Shown here: piece by piece, positions 29,888-39,090 of the stretch
How the letters are laid out: each line of letters opens with the position of its first letter
Numbering within the stretch: position 1 is the first letter of the stretch
Assembly (NCBI GenBank): GCA_020720805.1
Contig: DYNZ01000007.1
Coordinates: forward strand, 2,568-66,567
Length of the DNA: 64,000 bases
Direction: 5' to 3'
From: Leptospira biflexa
Lineage (GTDB): Bacteria; Spirochaetota; DYNZ01
The notes under the pieces: model-generated
What the model was told of the DNA's origin: nothing
The model's database searches: none
What the model saw: only the letters and a program-made list of their open reading frames with translations
Made by a program: the position numbers and the translations under genes

Positions 29888-30556
29888 ATGAAGCTTATTG
29901 AAAGATTGGAAGCAGAACACAGAATCATAGAGAAATTTGTTGCCTCATTTATTACATTTACAGGCAAATTTCAAAATCAGCCAGAGGATTTTGATAATCT
30001 TCGTTTTTATCCCAAGTTTTTTCAAGATTATATCGATGCCTACCATCATCAAAAAGAGGAAGATATTCTGATTCGCTCCTTTCATGAGCTTAGCATTCCC
30101 GAAACTTCACCACCGTTAGAGGTGATTCTCCAGGAACATCGCGCGAACAAACTGATTATCCAGAGGTTAATCGATCTTTCGCGCAAAAGCCAACTGCTTT
30201 CTGCAGAAATTGATGAGTTGCACTCTTTAGCAAAGCAGTATTGCGCCAATATATGGGAGCACATTGATAAAGAGGATACTGTACTTTTTCCCGAGGCGAT
30301 TGACAGGATCCGGGGTCAGGAAAAAATTCGGGCAGAGAGTGACTTCATTCAATTTGAAAACCGTAATCCTGTCCAGAGCGAAGAGAATAGAGCGATGGCG
30401 CTTATTTCAGCCTACCCCCCAGTAGAAACCCTGGATTCGTACACGCGCGGTGAAGGCTGCGCCTCCTGTGGGAAATATGGTACGATTTGTCAGGGTATTG
30501 AAATTGAGTGGTGGTCTGAGTCGGAGTGGGACAATTTTCACGCCAAACCGATGTAA
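29888..30556 (+). CDS. Hemerythrin-like (HHE) domain protein with a C-terminal Cys motif
   Basis: EHRII, HHQKEEDIL, EH, HIDKEDTVLFP; tail GCASCGKYGTICQG. Confidence 0.8.
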   Translation: MKLIERLEAEHRIIEKFVASFITFTGKFQNQPEDFDNLRFYPKFFQDYIDAYHHQKEEDILIRSFHELSIPETSPPLEVILQEHRANKLIIQRLIDLSRKSQLLSAEIDELHSLAKQYCANIWEHIDKEDTVLFPEAIDRIRGQEKIRAESDFIQFENRNPVQSEENRAMALISAYPPVETLDSYTRGEGCASCGKYGTICQGIEIEWWSESEWDNFHAKPM

Positions 30557-30597
30557 ACATAAATCCGACGAGATATATATATAAATTGAGGTAAAGT

Positions 30598-31542
30598 ATG
30601 CAAAAATGGAACCAGATTTTGGTTGAAGAGCATGAGTGGATAGAGCGCTGTATTGCCGTCATCGAAATTGAATTCGATAAAAAAAATAGCGTCGAGGTCG
30701 ATTTTAACAGGATTTTACGGGCGCTGGATTTTCTGTTTGAGATAGGTGATAAGATTCACAATAAAAAAGAGGAGGATTTTCTTTTTCCGCTCATGGAAAG
30801 TAAAGGCATTCCCAGAGACGGTGGCCCTATTGGAGTGATGTTGCAAGAGCACCAGATAGAGCGCGAGCTATTAAGCCAGTTGATGGTGTTGGTTATGCAA
30901 CGCAAACCGCAACAGGATATATTGCCAGAGCTGAAACAGAAGTGTCAGGCATACTTTCAAATCCGTAAGGAGCACATTTGGAAAGAAAATGATGTTCTCT
31001 ACCCCATGGCCAACCGCTTTTTTACTCCTTCAGATCATGAAAGGGTCACTTCAGGCATTCAACAGATTGATAGTTCTGTTTACGGTGAGAGTGCCCGCGT
31101 AAAATATGCTTCCATGGTTGAGGAGACAGAGAGATCCGGCAAGCAGGGAAAATTATTAATCGAGAATTTGTCCTATCAGCAGATTCATAATATTTTTGAA
31201 ACTCTACCCGTTGAAATTACTTTCGTTGATGCCTCTGATACTGTTGCCTATTTTAACAGGCTTGATAAAGAAAAGATCTTTGTGCGTACAAGATCTGTCA
31301 TCGGCAGAAAAGTCGAAAAATGCCATCCTGAAAAAAGCGTAGATAAGGTTCTGGAGATTGTAAGTGGGTTTAAAGCAGGCACTTTGGACATGGCGGAATT
31401 TTGGATAAATTTTATGGGCAAAAAGGTTTATATCCAGTATTTCCCTGTGCGTGACGATCAGGGAATCTACCAGGGTGTTTTGGAGATTACCAGTGATATA
31501 GCCTATATCCAATCACTGCAGGGGGAAAAGCGTCTGTTGTAG
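30598..31542 (+). CDS. Hemerythrin-like domain plus PAS-like domain protein
   Basis: EHEWI, HNKKEEDFLFP, GGPIGVMLQEH, HIWKENDVLYP; C-terminal LPVEITFVDASDTVAYFN...IGRKVEKCHP PAS-type module. Confidence 0.82.
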   Translation: MQKWNQILVEEHEWIERCIAVIEIEFDKKNSVEVDFNRILRALDFLFEIGDKIHNKKEEDFLFPLMESKGIPRDGGPIGVMLQEHQIERELLSQLMVLVMQRKPQQDILPELKQKCQAYFQIRKEHIWKENDVLYPMANRFFTPSDHERVTSGIQQIDSSVYGESARVKYASMVEETERSGKQGKLLIENLSYQQIHNIFETLPVEITFVDASDTVAYFNRLDKEKIFVRTRSVIGRKVEKCHPEKSVDKVLEIVSGFKAGTLDMAEFWINFMGKKVYIQYFPVRDDQGIYQGVLEITSDIAYIQSLQGEKRLL

Positions 31543-31550
31543 TCATGATA

Positions 31551-31671
31551 TACTCGAAACACTTTGGTTCTCGGGTTTTATACTGGCTAAAGGATGTGTC
31601 GACATCTCGACAAGCTCGATGCATCGTAGGCTCACCATGCAAGTTTATCGAAGTATCGATGCTTATTGGTA
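31551..31671. mobile_element. Hybrid MITE (type A left end plus type B right end), TA-flanked
   Basis: Starts TACTCGAAACACTTTGGTTCTCGG (A), switches at the shared TCGACATC to type B sequence, and ends TCGATGCTTATTGGTA; TA on both sides. Confidence 0.72.
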
Positions 31672-32346
31672 TAAGGGGTTTTGGTCGATTGAGCTGTTAT
31701 CAAGATTTTCCCAGTAATCCTGACTGATAGTCAGCTTATTTTTTTCCCATGTGATGATTTTATTTTTTGTTAGCCTCATAAGCAGCCTCGAAAAAGTTTC
31801 GGGGATAGTTCCGATAGCGGCGGCAATCTCTTTCTTGGAAAGATCAATCTGGTAGCTCTGTTTGTGTCCGTATCGTGCTATCAGAAATTGAAAAAATCTG
31901 TCTTCTACATCATAAGCGGACAGATAAAGAATACGACCTGTAAGATAACGAAGGCGCTTCATAATGGAGGAGAGAAATCGGTTACGGAATTCCTGATCTT
32001 CCTGCAGGTTGTAAATTTGCCCTTTTGAAATAGCCAGCAGGGTAGAGGATGTAACAGACATTGCCGTAACAGGATAGGCTGAATTTTCAAAAAGGATGGC
32101 TTCGGCGAATAGCTCACCTGGTTTAACTAGTTTGATGATGATCTCTTTGCCGTCAGGAGAATTTTTGTAAAGCTTAATGGCGCCTTCTAAAAGAACATAG
32201 ACGCGCGATCCAATCTCCTCTTCGTGGAAAAGAACAGTATTTTTTTCCGCGGTGATGGTCTTTGCCTCGGAGATCACTGAGTTAATGCTGTGATCGGGCA
32301 TATTGTGAAACAGGGTGCTTTTGCGCAAGCATTCAAGGAGATTCAT
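31663..32346 (-). CDS. Crp/Fnr-family transcriptional regulator (Dnr/HcpR-like; no FNR Cys cluster seen)
   Basis: cNMP-binding-like domain (LFHEEE...VLLEGAIKLYK...PGELFAE) and HTH LSKKEIAAAIGTIPETFSRLL. Confidence 0.88.
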   Translation of the reverse strand: MNLLECLRKSTLFHNMPDHSINSVISEAKTITAEKNTVLFHEEEIGSRVYVLLEGAIKLYKNSPDGKEIIIKLVKPGELFAEAILFENSAYPVTAMSVTSSTLLAISKGQIYNLQEDQEFRNRFLSSIMKRLRYLTGRILYLSAYDVEDRFFQFLIARYGHKQSYQIDLSKKEIAAAIGTIPETFSRLLMRLTKNKIITWEKNKLTISQDYWENLDNSSIDQNPLYQ

Positions 32347-32668
32347 TGAGAATATCCGGCTTTCATGATTTTTTACCATGATGTGATACTATTTCCATTT
32401 TGGCAATTTATTTTTTTTGCCTTTTTGGGTATTGCCAAATATTTTAGGTTATCAGATGACAATCTGTGTAACATATGAAAAAAAATATTTTTAATATTTT
32501 TTTACTTGAATGATAAGGTTATTGCTAATTATTTGGAATTGAATAAAAATAATCGACAAAATAAACTATTAGCTTAAAATAGGTCTGAGGGTTCTGCAAA
32601 CTCTAACGGAATAAGGGACAATTTCAATATTTCTGCTATTAAGGGGGTGCCTTTTGGATAATACAAAG

Positions 32669-33121
32669 ATGAAAAAAATTGGCATTGCTGTCCTGGCAGG
32701 AACCGCTTTGCTTTTATTTGTAGGATTTGGGCCACCGGATGTTGTTCATAAAACATCTTCTCCAGAGTTCTGTGTCACCTGCCATGCTATGGCTGATCAA
32801 CATGATGCCTGGCAGAAATCTGCCCTGCACAGGCACTTGAAATGTGTGGATTGCCATCTGCCCAACAACAATAAAGTCAACCATCTGGTTTGGAAGAGTA
32901 TCGACGGAACCAAGGATCTTGTCATGAATACATTGGGAATGATTGGTGATCCAATCGGAATATCTGGTCATGGCGCCGGAGTCGCCCAGGCAAATTGCGT
33001 GCGATGTCATGGTCACATGGCAAGCCACGTTAACACAACAGAGCGGAACTGCTGGAGCTGTCATAGACGGGTTAGTCACCGCGTTGCTCCAATGGAGACA
33101 CGTTTGATTGAATTACAATAA
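32669..33121 (+). CDS. nrfH: Cytochrome c nitrite reductase small subunit (tetraheme, NapC/NirT family)
   Basis: N-terminal TM; CVTCH, CVDCH, CVRCH, CWSCH; CVDCHLP and KSIDG motifs; directly upstream of nrfA. Confidence 0.9.
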   Translation: MKKIGIAVLAGTALLLFVGFGPPDVVHKTSSPEFCVTCHAMADQHDAWQKSALHRHLKCVDCHLPNNNKVNHLVWKSIDGTKDLVMNTLGMIGDPIGISGHGAGVAQANCVRCHGHMASHVNTTERNCWSCHRRVSHRVAPMETRLIELQ

Positions 33122-33143
33122 CATCCTGTGAAGGGAGGAGAGC

Positions 33144-34628
33144 ATGAAAAAAAATAGACTGTTTTTACTGTTTGCCCTATTGATGGCGCTGGCTGTCACG
33201 GTTTCCTGTGGCGGAGGTGATACCTCAAAACCGATACGGGTGGGCAATATCGCAGATAATGAGCATGATCCAGCAGAATGGGGGAAAATTTATCCTTTTC
33301 ATTATGAATCCTGGCAAAAAACAAAGGAGCCTAAACCTGCAAATCGGAGTAAATATAGAAAAGGATGGGATAAGGATAGAGTAACCTACGATAGGTTAAG
33401 CGAATATCCTTACCAGGCGCTCCTTTATAACGGATGGGGATTTGGAATAGAGTACAATGAACCACGAGGCCATTTCTATATGATCACTGATCAGTTAGAG
33501 ATTGACCCTTCCCGCGTTGCTCCTGGCGGTGTATGTCTTGCTTGCAAATCTCCGTTTCATAAAGAGTTTGTCAAAAGCAAGGGAGAAGCCTATCTCAAAG
33601 CACCATATACCAAGGCTGTAGATATGCTTCCATCTAAACATAAAACCCTGGGTGTCGCCTGTATCGACTGCCATGATAACAAAACAATGGGCATGAGAAC
33701 GAACAAATGGCATATCCTGAAGGGAATGGATCTGATCGGCAAAAAGGAGTTCAATCATCAGGATAACAAAATGCTGGCCTGCTCCCAGTGTCACATGACC
33801 TACTATGTTCCCAGGGATAAAGCTGGAAAAACAGCCGGAGATGTCATTCCTCCATGGACTGGCGCGAAATGGGGTAACATCAGTATAGAAAAGATCATCG
33901 CTGATTTACTGACCGATTATCAACGCGAGGAGTGGACGCAGACAGTTACGGGATTTCGGATGCCCTATATTCGCCATCCTGAGTTCGAGTTTTTTACCAA
34001 GAGCAGTGTTCATTACAACGCAGGTGTAACCTGCATCGATTGCCACATGCCGTACAAGCGGGTAGGCAATATGAAAATGACGGATCATGACATAACCAGC
34101 CCATTGAAAACAGAACCCGAGATGCGTGCTTGCGCCCAGTGCCATACAGAGTCTGCGGACTGGCTGAAAAAGCAGGTGGTCACAATTCAGGATCGCACAT
34201 CCTCATTATTGAATCGGGCTGGCTACCAGACTGCGGTCACAGCCAAGTTGTTTGAGCTGCTGCATAAGGAACAGAAAAGTGGGAAAAAATTTGATATAGC
34301 TCCTTATGAAAAGGCCAAAAAATTCTATAAAGAAGCCTTTCTGCGTGTTGTTTTTGTTAGTGCGGAAAATTCAACTGGCTTTCATAACCCATCTGAAGCG
34401 GGGCGGGTTCTAGGCGACGCGATTGCTTACGGCAACAAATCAGAGATTTTAATCCGGCAGATGCTTGCCTCCGGAGGCGTGAAGGCTCCTGAGCAGGTGA
34501 ATCTTGAATTGTCCAAGTACCTGAATAACCGGGGAAAGAAGAAGCTGATGTTTCAGCGTAACCAGGAGGCCAAAGATCCTTACGGCACTGAGGATATCTT
34601 TACTCCTGTCAATGCACGCGGTTACTGA
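33144..34628 (+). CDS. nrfA: Ammonia-forming pentaheme cytochrome c nitrite reductase
   Basis: EPRGH, the Lys-ligated heme motif CLACK, four CxxCH, RHPEFE, SVHYNAGVTCIDCHMP, AENSTGFH; lipoprotein-type signal VSCGG. Confidence 0.93.
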   Translation: MKKNRLFLLFALLMALAVTVSCGGGDTSKPIRVGNIADNEHDPAEWGKIYPFHYESWQKTKEPKPANRSKYRKGWDKDRVTYDRLSEYPYQALLYNGWGFGIEYNEPRGHFYMITDQLEIDPSRVAPGGVCLACKSPFHKEFVKSKGEAYLKAPYTKAVDMLPSKHKTLGVACIDCHDNKTMGMRTNKWHILKGMDLIGKKEFNHQDNKMLACSQCHMTYYVPRDKAGKTAGDVIPPWTGAKWGNISIEKIIADLLTDYQREEWTQTVTGFRMPYIRHPEFEFFTKSSVHYNAGVTCIDCHMPYKRVGNMKMTDHDITSPLKTEPEMRACAQCHTESADWLKKQVVTIQDRTSSLLNRAGYQTAVTAKLFELLHKEQKSGKKFDIAPYEKAKKFYKEAFLRVVFVSAENSTGFHNPSEAGRVLGDAIAYGNKSEILIRQMLASGGVKAPEQVNLELSKYLNNRGKKKLMFQRNQEAKDPYGTEDIFTPVNARGY

Positions 34629-34630
34629 TA

Positions 34631-34821
34631 TACTCGAAACGCTTTGGTTCTCGGGTTTTATACCAATAGGCATCGAATTTGATCGGTTATGGCATTGCCC
34701 AACCGGTCACTTGTACTGAGTCTATCGAAGTAAATCTTGTGCTGTGGTTCGACATCTCGACAAGCTCGATGCATCGCAGGCTCACCATCCAAGTGAGCCG
34801 AGGCATCGATGCTTATTGGTA
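34631..34821. mobile_element. Composite MITE: 28 bp type A left end plus a complete type B element (34661-34821)
   Basis: Type B has 16 bp terminal inverted repeats TACCAATAGGCATCGA / TCGATGCTTATTGGTA (1 mismatch), TA on both sides, and an internal hairpin GGCTCAC-CATCCAA-GTGAGCC. Confidence 0.75.
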
Positions 34822-34915
34822 TAGTAGACATCGTCGAAAAATAAGTAAATATTGCCTTGATTATTTTAATGGTCTTTGCGATTCTATATCATATCTCTAT
34901 GTGTGGAATACTAGC

Positions 34916-35530
34916 ATGACAGATAAAATACCCCAGGCGCCAAAACCATTTACGAAAAAGCAACTGGAGATCGTTGAAAAAGCGTTAAAAATAATTGCTG
35001 AGAAGGGGGTCAATTCTCTTACGATCAAGACCTTGGCTCAGGAGCTCCAATTAACAGAGGGAGCGATCTATCGACATTTTACATCTAAGGACGAGATCAT
35101 CTGCGCTATCATTACGATATATCGAATAAAGTCGAATAAAATTTTGGAAGGCTTGAAAAAAGAGAAAAGCTCCTATCTCGAGAAAATTGAAAAATTTTTT
35201 ATGGATCGAATTAATCTATTTATTGGACATCCTTCCATCTCTTCGGTCATTTTATCCAATGACCTTTACAATTTTAATGAAGAGGTAAAAAAGAATCTCC
35301 AGGAAACCATTAAAGAGCATCAGAAGATTTTGAAGGATTTTATCCTCAAGGGTCAAAAGAATCTGGAGATAAAAAAGGATATCAATGCGCGTTATTCATT
35401 TTTAATTATTTTTGGATCCTTGCGGATGCTGGTCAATCAGTGGTTGCAGTCCGGTTATCAATTGAACCTGAAAGCGGAAGGAACTGAATTATGGATAACA
35501 ATCAGGGCCTTAATCGAGCAAAAGGAGTAG
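34916..35530 (+). CDS. TetR/AcrR-family transcriptional regulator
   Basis: HTH region EIVEKALKIIAEKG...TIKTLAQELQLTEGAIYRHFTSK; the longer ORF upstream is read-through of the MITE. Confidence 0.88.
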   Translation: MTDKIPQAPKPFTKKQLEIVEKALKIIAEKGVNSLTIKTLAQELQLTEGAIYRHFTSKDEIICAIITIYRIKSNKILEGLKKEKSSYLEKIEKFFMDRINLFIGHPSISSVILSNDLYNFNEEVKKNLQETIKEHQKILKDFILKGQKNLEIKKDINARYSFLIIFGSLRMLVNQWLQSGYQLNLKAEGTELWITIRALIEQKE

Positions 35531-37065
35531 GTGGCATCTGGCGATATTCCTTTATTCTGACAGCGTTGGCCTCCTGGATAGGTTTTGTGGGGCAGTTGGC
35601 CTTTTCGCCCCCTTTTTCCTTTTTCTCTTTTTCTTTTCTTTTTTATGGTTTGTTATTTACCCTGTCATGCGCACTTTTTTTCTATCTTACTCTTCAAGCT
35701 GAAAAATATTTCCAGCTCCGTTTTTTTTTCTCTGCCCCGTTGATTGTTAGTTTGCTTGTAGCTCTGATTTTCTGGGTTGTGATGGGAACCCTGATTCTAC
35801 AGAATCAGTCTGCTGCGAGGTATACACAGTTGTACGGCGAGCTTGCGACCATTCTTCTGCGATTTCATATCTATGATATTTTTCATCACGGCGCTTTTAT
35901 CTCTCTGTTAGCCTGGTTTGTCCTCTGTATCATGATCTATCTGAGCCAGTTGCCTTTGACCTTGCAAACAGCAGGTTTATGGCTTTTGCATGCAGGAGTG
36001 GTGATCGTTTGCGTTGGTGGCTTTGTCAGTTTTTTAACATCCACAAGGGGGAACTTGAATCTCCAGGTTGGGGAGTCACGATCGGTCTTTCTGGATTATC
36101 AAGCGATCGATTCGCGTGTAACGCCAAAGCCGCTGCCTTTTCAAGTCAGGTTGGATCATTTTTTAAGGGAGGATTACCCGCTGCGCTGGAATCTTATCCT
36201 GCACACTCGCCAGTCCGGTAATTACCAGATCTATGACGCCGCAAAGAAAAACCGCATCTTAGTCAATGGTGTGATGGTAACTACTGAGCCGGCCCAATTT
36301 CATCGAATGGTGCTCTTTGTACCAGAAAAAAGTCCTAAACTGCAGGATGTGTGCGTGCAATTTGCTGGCAGAAAAGGGAAACGCGAGGATGAATTTTTTT
36401 GGCTCGACAACAGTGGCAGAGAGCCTTTTTCGCGCTCCTCCATCTTGGGAGGAGGTGCCTCACTCTGTCTCCAGGGGGTGAAATTGTGCCAGGGACAGAA
36501 TCAGCGACCCGCATATCAGTTTGATGCGCAGCAGAATCGCTTTCTCCCAATGGGGGGGCCGCCAGCAGTTGCGGAGTTGCGCCATGCTCTTTTTCTCATC
36601 AGAGCCAATGAGATTCGACAAAAATGTAGGCTGGTTGCCAGCGCGAAGCGCATGCCAGGGGAGGAAAAATCTATCCTTCCGGTAGTGCAGGGTTCTTTTT
36701 CTCATCAGAACAATTTTCTTCTCACCTACCGCGACAATCTCCACGTCAAAGAGTTGCCTGGAGGTGTTAGACTCACTTTGCAACCTGCGAAGGTCGAGGC
36801 TAAGAACTTTCAATCTCTGCTGACCATTCTGGAAAATGGAAATCCTGTGAAGCAGATGAAGATTCGGGTAAATCAGCCGGGATGGTACAAAGGCTATCGA
36901 ATCTATCAGGCTCACTACCGTGAGGACAATGCCAACTTTGCGGGTCTATTGCTGGTAAGAGACCAGGGAGTGTGGATTTCGTACACCGGTTTTTTCTTTC
37001 TGTTTATCGGATTGTTATGGCATTTTCTGCGCCAAGAGAACGGGGAGAGGGTATATGCACAGTGA
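35491..37065 (+). CDS. ResB/CcsB-like cytochrome c biogenesis protein (System II)
   Basis: Multiple N-terminal TMs, WLLHAG heme-ligand His, IRVNQPGWYKGYRIYQAHY and RDQGVWISYTGF C-terminal motifs. Confidence 0.75.
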   Translation: MDNNQGLNRAKGVGGIWRYSFILTALASWIGFVGQLAFSPPFSFFSFSFLFYGLLFTLSCALFFYLTLQAEKYFQLRFFFSAPLIVSLLVALIFWVVMGTLILQNQSAARYTQLYGELATILLRFHIYDIFHHGAFISLLAWFVLCIMIYLSQLPLTLQTAGLWLLHAGVVIVCVGGFVSFLTSTRGNLNLQVGESRSVFLDYQAIDSRVTPKPLPFQVRLDHFLREDYPLRWNLILHTRQSGNYQIYDAAKKNRILVNGVMVTTEPAQFHRMVLFVPEKSPKLQDVCVQFAGRKGKREDEFFWLDNSGREPFSRSSILGGGASLCLQGVKLCQGQNQRPAYQFDAQQNRFLPMGGPPAVAELRHALFLIRANEIRQKCRLVASAKRMPGEEKSILPVVQGSFSHQNNFLLTYRDNLHVKELPGGVRLTLQPAKVEAKNFQSLLTILENGNPVKQMKIRVNQPGWYKGYRIYQAHYREDNANFAGLLLVRDQGVWISYTGFFFLFIGLLWHFLRQENGERVYAQ

Positions 37066-37888
37066 TTTGTTTTTCTATGCGACGTTAGCTGTCGCCTTAG
37101 TCTGGGTACTATCCCTTTTTGTTTTGGTGATCGTGGGAAAAATGGCCTTTGCTAGGTTGAAAACTCTTTTGCCGTTGACTCTTCTTGCTTTATTGCTGCT
37201 CTTTTTCTTTCAGAAGTATATTGAAGTATCCTATCCGCCCTTTAGGACATTATTTGAGTCCCTGTTATTTTTAGCACTTTGCATACAGTTATTACAGATT
37301 CTGACTCATTATTTTCTCGTTTTTTTCTGGCTGGATTTGACCACAGCTCTATTTCAGTCTGGCATTCTCATCTATGCAAGTACACAACTCCATAATGAAG
37401 CGGGTCAATTACCGGCAGCTCTGCAGAGTCCTTGGTTTATTCCTCATGTGCTTGTCTATTTTTTAGGGTATGCGGCTCTTTTTTTTTCCTTTGCCTTCTC
37501 ATTGATCTATTTGAAGAAGGGAAACCTCGAACTCTCCTTTCGTGAGTATGCGCAGATGTCGCAGAAAATTTCTCTGGTTCGCTTGATTCATTTTACTACT
37601 AAATTGGGTTTTCTTTTTATCGTACTTGGATTGATAATTGGTGCCTTCTGGGCGCAGGAGGCCTGGGGGGATTACTGGGCATGGGATCCTAAGGAAAATT
37701 GGGCTTTGATAACGGTATTGCTCTATTCAGGATATTTTCACCTTAAGGGTAGGGAGATCCTATCGCAAAAACAACTTTCATGGCTTTTGGTACTTGGGTT
37801 TGTAGCAGTTATTTTTACCTATCTTGGCATGAAATATTTACCAACAGCTGACCAGAGTACCCATATTTATATAGAAAAGAGATCTTGA
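37055..37888 (+). CDS. ccsA: Cytochrome c biogenesis protein CcsA/ResC
   Basis: FRTLFESL, LQSPWFIPHV, and the WWD domain WAQEAWGDYWAWDPKENWALI. Confidence 0.9.
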   Translation: MHSDLFFYATLAVALVWVLSLFVLVIVGKMAFARLKTLLPLTLLALLLLFFFQKYIEVSYPPFRTLFESLLFLALCIQLLQILTHYFLVFFWLDLTTALFQSGILIYASTQLHNEAGQLPAALQSPWFIPHVLVYFLGYAALFFSFAFSLIYLKKGNLELSFREYAQMSQKISLVRLIHFTTKLGFLFIVLGLIIGAFWAQEAWGDYWAWDPKENWALITVLLYSGYFHLKGREILSQKQLSWLLVLGFVAVIFTYLGMKYLPTADQSTHIYIEKRS

Positions 37889-37944
37889 CAACCCACTCAT
37901 CTTCTTTCAGGCAATCCTGACAATGAAACTTCGACAGGAAGGAA

Positions 37945-39015
37945 ATGGCTATGTTAAGGTTGCCAAAACATATTAAGGCGAAAATAGGTCAATCACCAGG
38001 TTTTTTAATACCAACTTCGGAACATTCATCTGGAAAAATTAATATTTATCAATTCCTTTTTAATGGTAAGGGAGTACAAAAGTTTACCTGGAACAAACCT
38101 TCTGAGATGGTTGAACCGGCCGCCTCTGAAATCTGCTGGATAGCGATCCAGGGTTTGACTGACACTAAAACGTTAACTGATATTGGTGATCGATTTCAGA
38201 TGGATTCCCTTATAATAGAAGATATCGCAAATACATTCCAACGCAGCAAGTTGCAGGTTGATAATGATTCGCTGTTTGTGGTAATGCAGATGTTTTATAT
38301 CGAAGATGCAGATCCAGGGATACGGCACGAGCAGGTAAGCTTTTATCGCCATCGCAATTATCTCATTTCCTTTCACGAGCAAAATTTTGCGTTGTTTCAC
38401 CCAGTGCTGCGCCGCCAGGAGGTCAACCAGACCAGGCTTCAAAAAGGGGGATCTGAATATCTTCTATATGCGCTGCTGGATATGATTGTGGACCACTATT
38501 TTGCTGTCTTTGAATTCTTTGGTCAGCAGTTTGATCATTTAGATGAGCAGATAACGGGACGGCTTGAACCGGGCTTTCTAGATAAAATCTATACCCTGCG
38601 CAAGAATTTTCATTTCTTCCACAAGCATATCTCCCCCTTGCTGGATCTCTGGCATGATTTGCTTAGTTTGGAAGGCTCTTTGTTAAAAAAATCCACAAAA
38701 CAGTACCTGCGCGATGTGCAGGATCATATTCGCAAGCAGCATGATTTGCTGGTTTTTTATCGAGAAATGATCATGAATATGATTGATACCGTGTACACTC
38801 TTCAAAACCAGCGGACAAATGAAGTGATGAAAATATTGGCAATGGTATCGACAATTTTTATACCGCTTACATTTTTGGCAGGTGTTTACGGCATGAATTT
38901 TTCCAATATGCCAGAGATGAAATGGCCATGGTTTTATCCTTATGCGTTTTGGGGACTGGTTCTGACCATTCCCGTTCTGTTATTGTATATGTTTCACCGC
39001 AAAAAATGGCTGTAG
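37945..39015 (+). CDS. corA: Magnesium/cobalt transporter CorA
   Basis: C-terminal IFIPLTFLAGVYGMNF and MPEMKW signature; YLRDVQDH. Confidence 0.92.
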   Translation: MAMLRLPKHIKAKIGQSPGFLIPTSEHSSGKINIYQFLFNGKGVQKFTWNKPSEMVEPAASEICWIAIQGLTDTKTLTDIGDRFQMDSLIIEDIANTFQRSKLQVDNDSLFVVMQMFYIEDADPGIRHEQVSFYRHRNYLISFHEQNFALFHPVLRRQEVNQTRLQKGGSEYLLYALLDMIVDHYFAVFEFFGQQFDHLDEQITGRLEPGFLDKIYTLRKNFHFFHKHISPLLDLWHDLLSLEGSLLKKSTKQYLRDVQDHIRKQHDLLVFYREMIMNMIDTVYTLQNQRTNEVMKILAMVSTIFIPLTFLAGVYGMNFSNMPEMKWPWFYPYAFWGLVLTIPVLLLYMFHRKKWL

Positions 39016-39090
39016 TTTTTAAAACTAGTTATTTGTCTATTTTTTATCTATCACTATATTTGTAAAATTTTTTTTTAATAAAGGTTGTAT

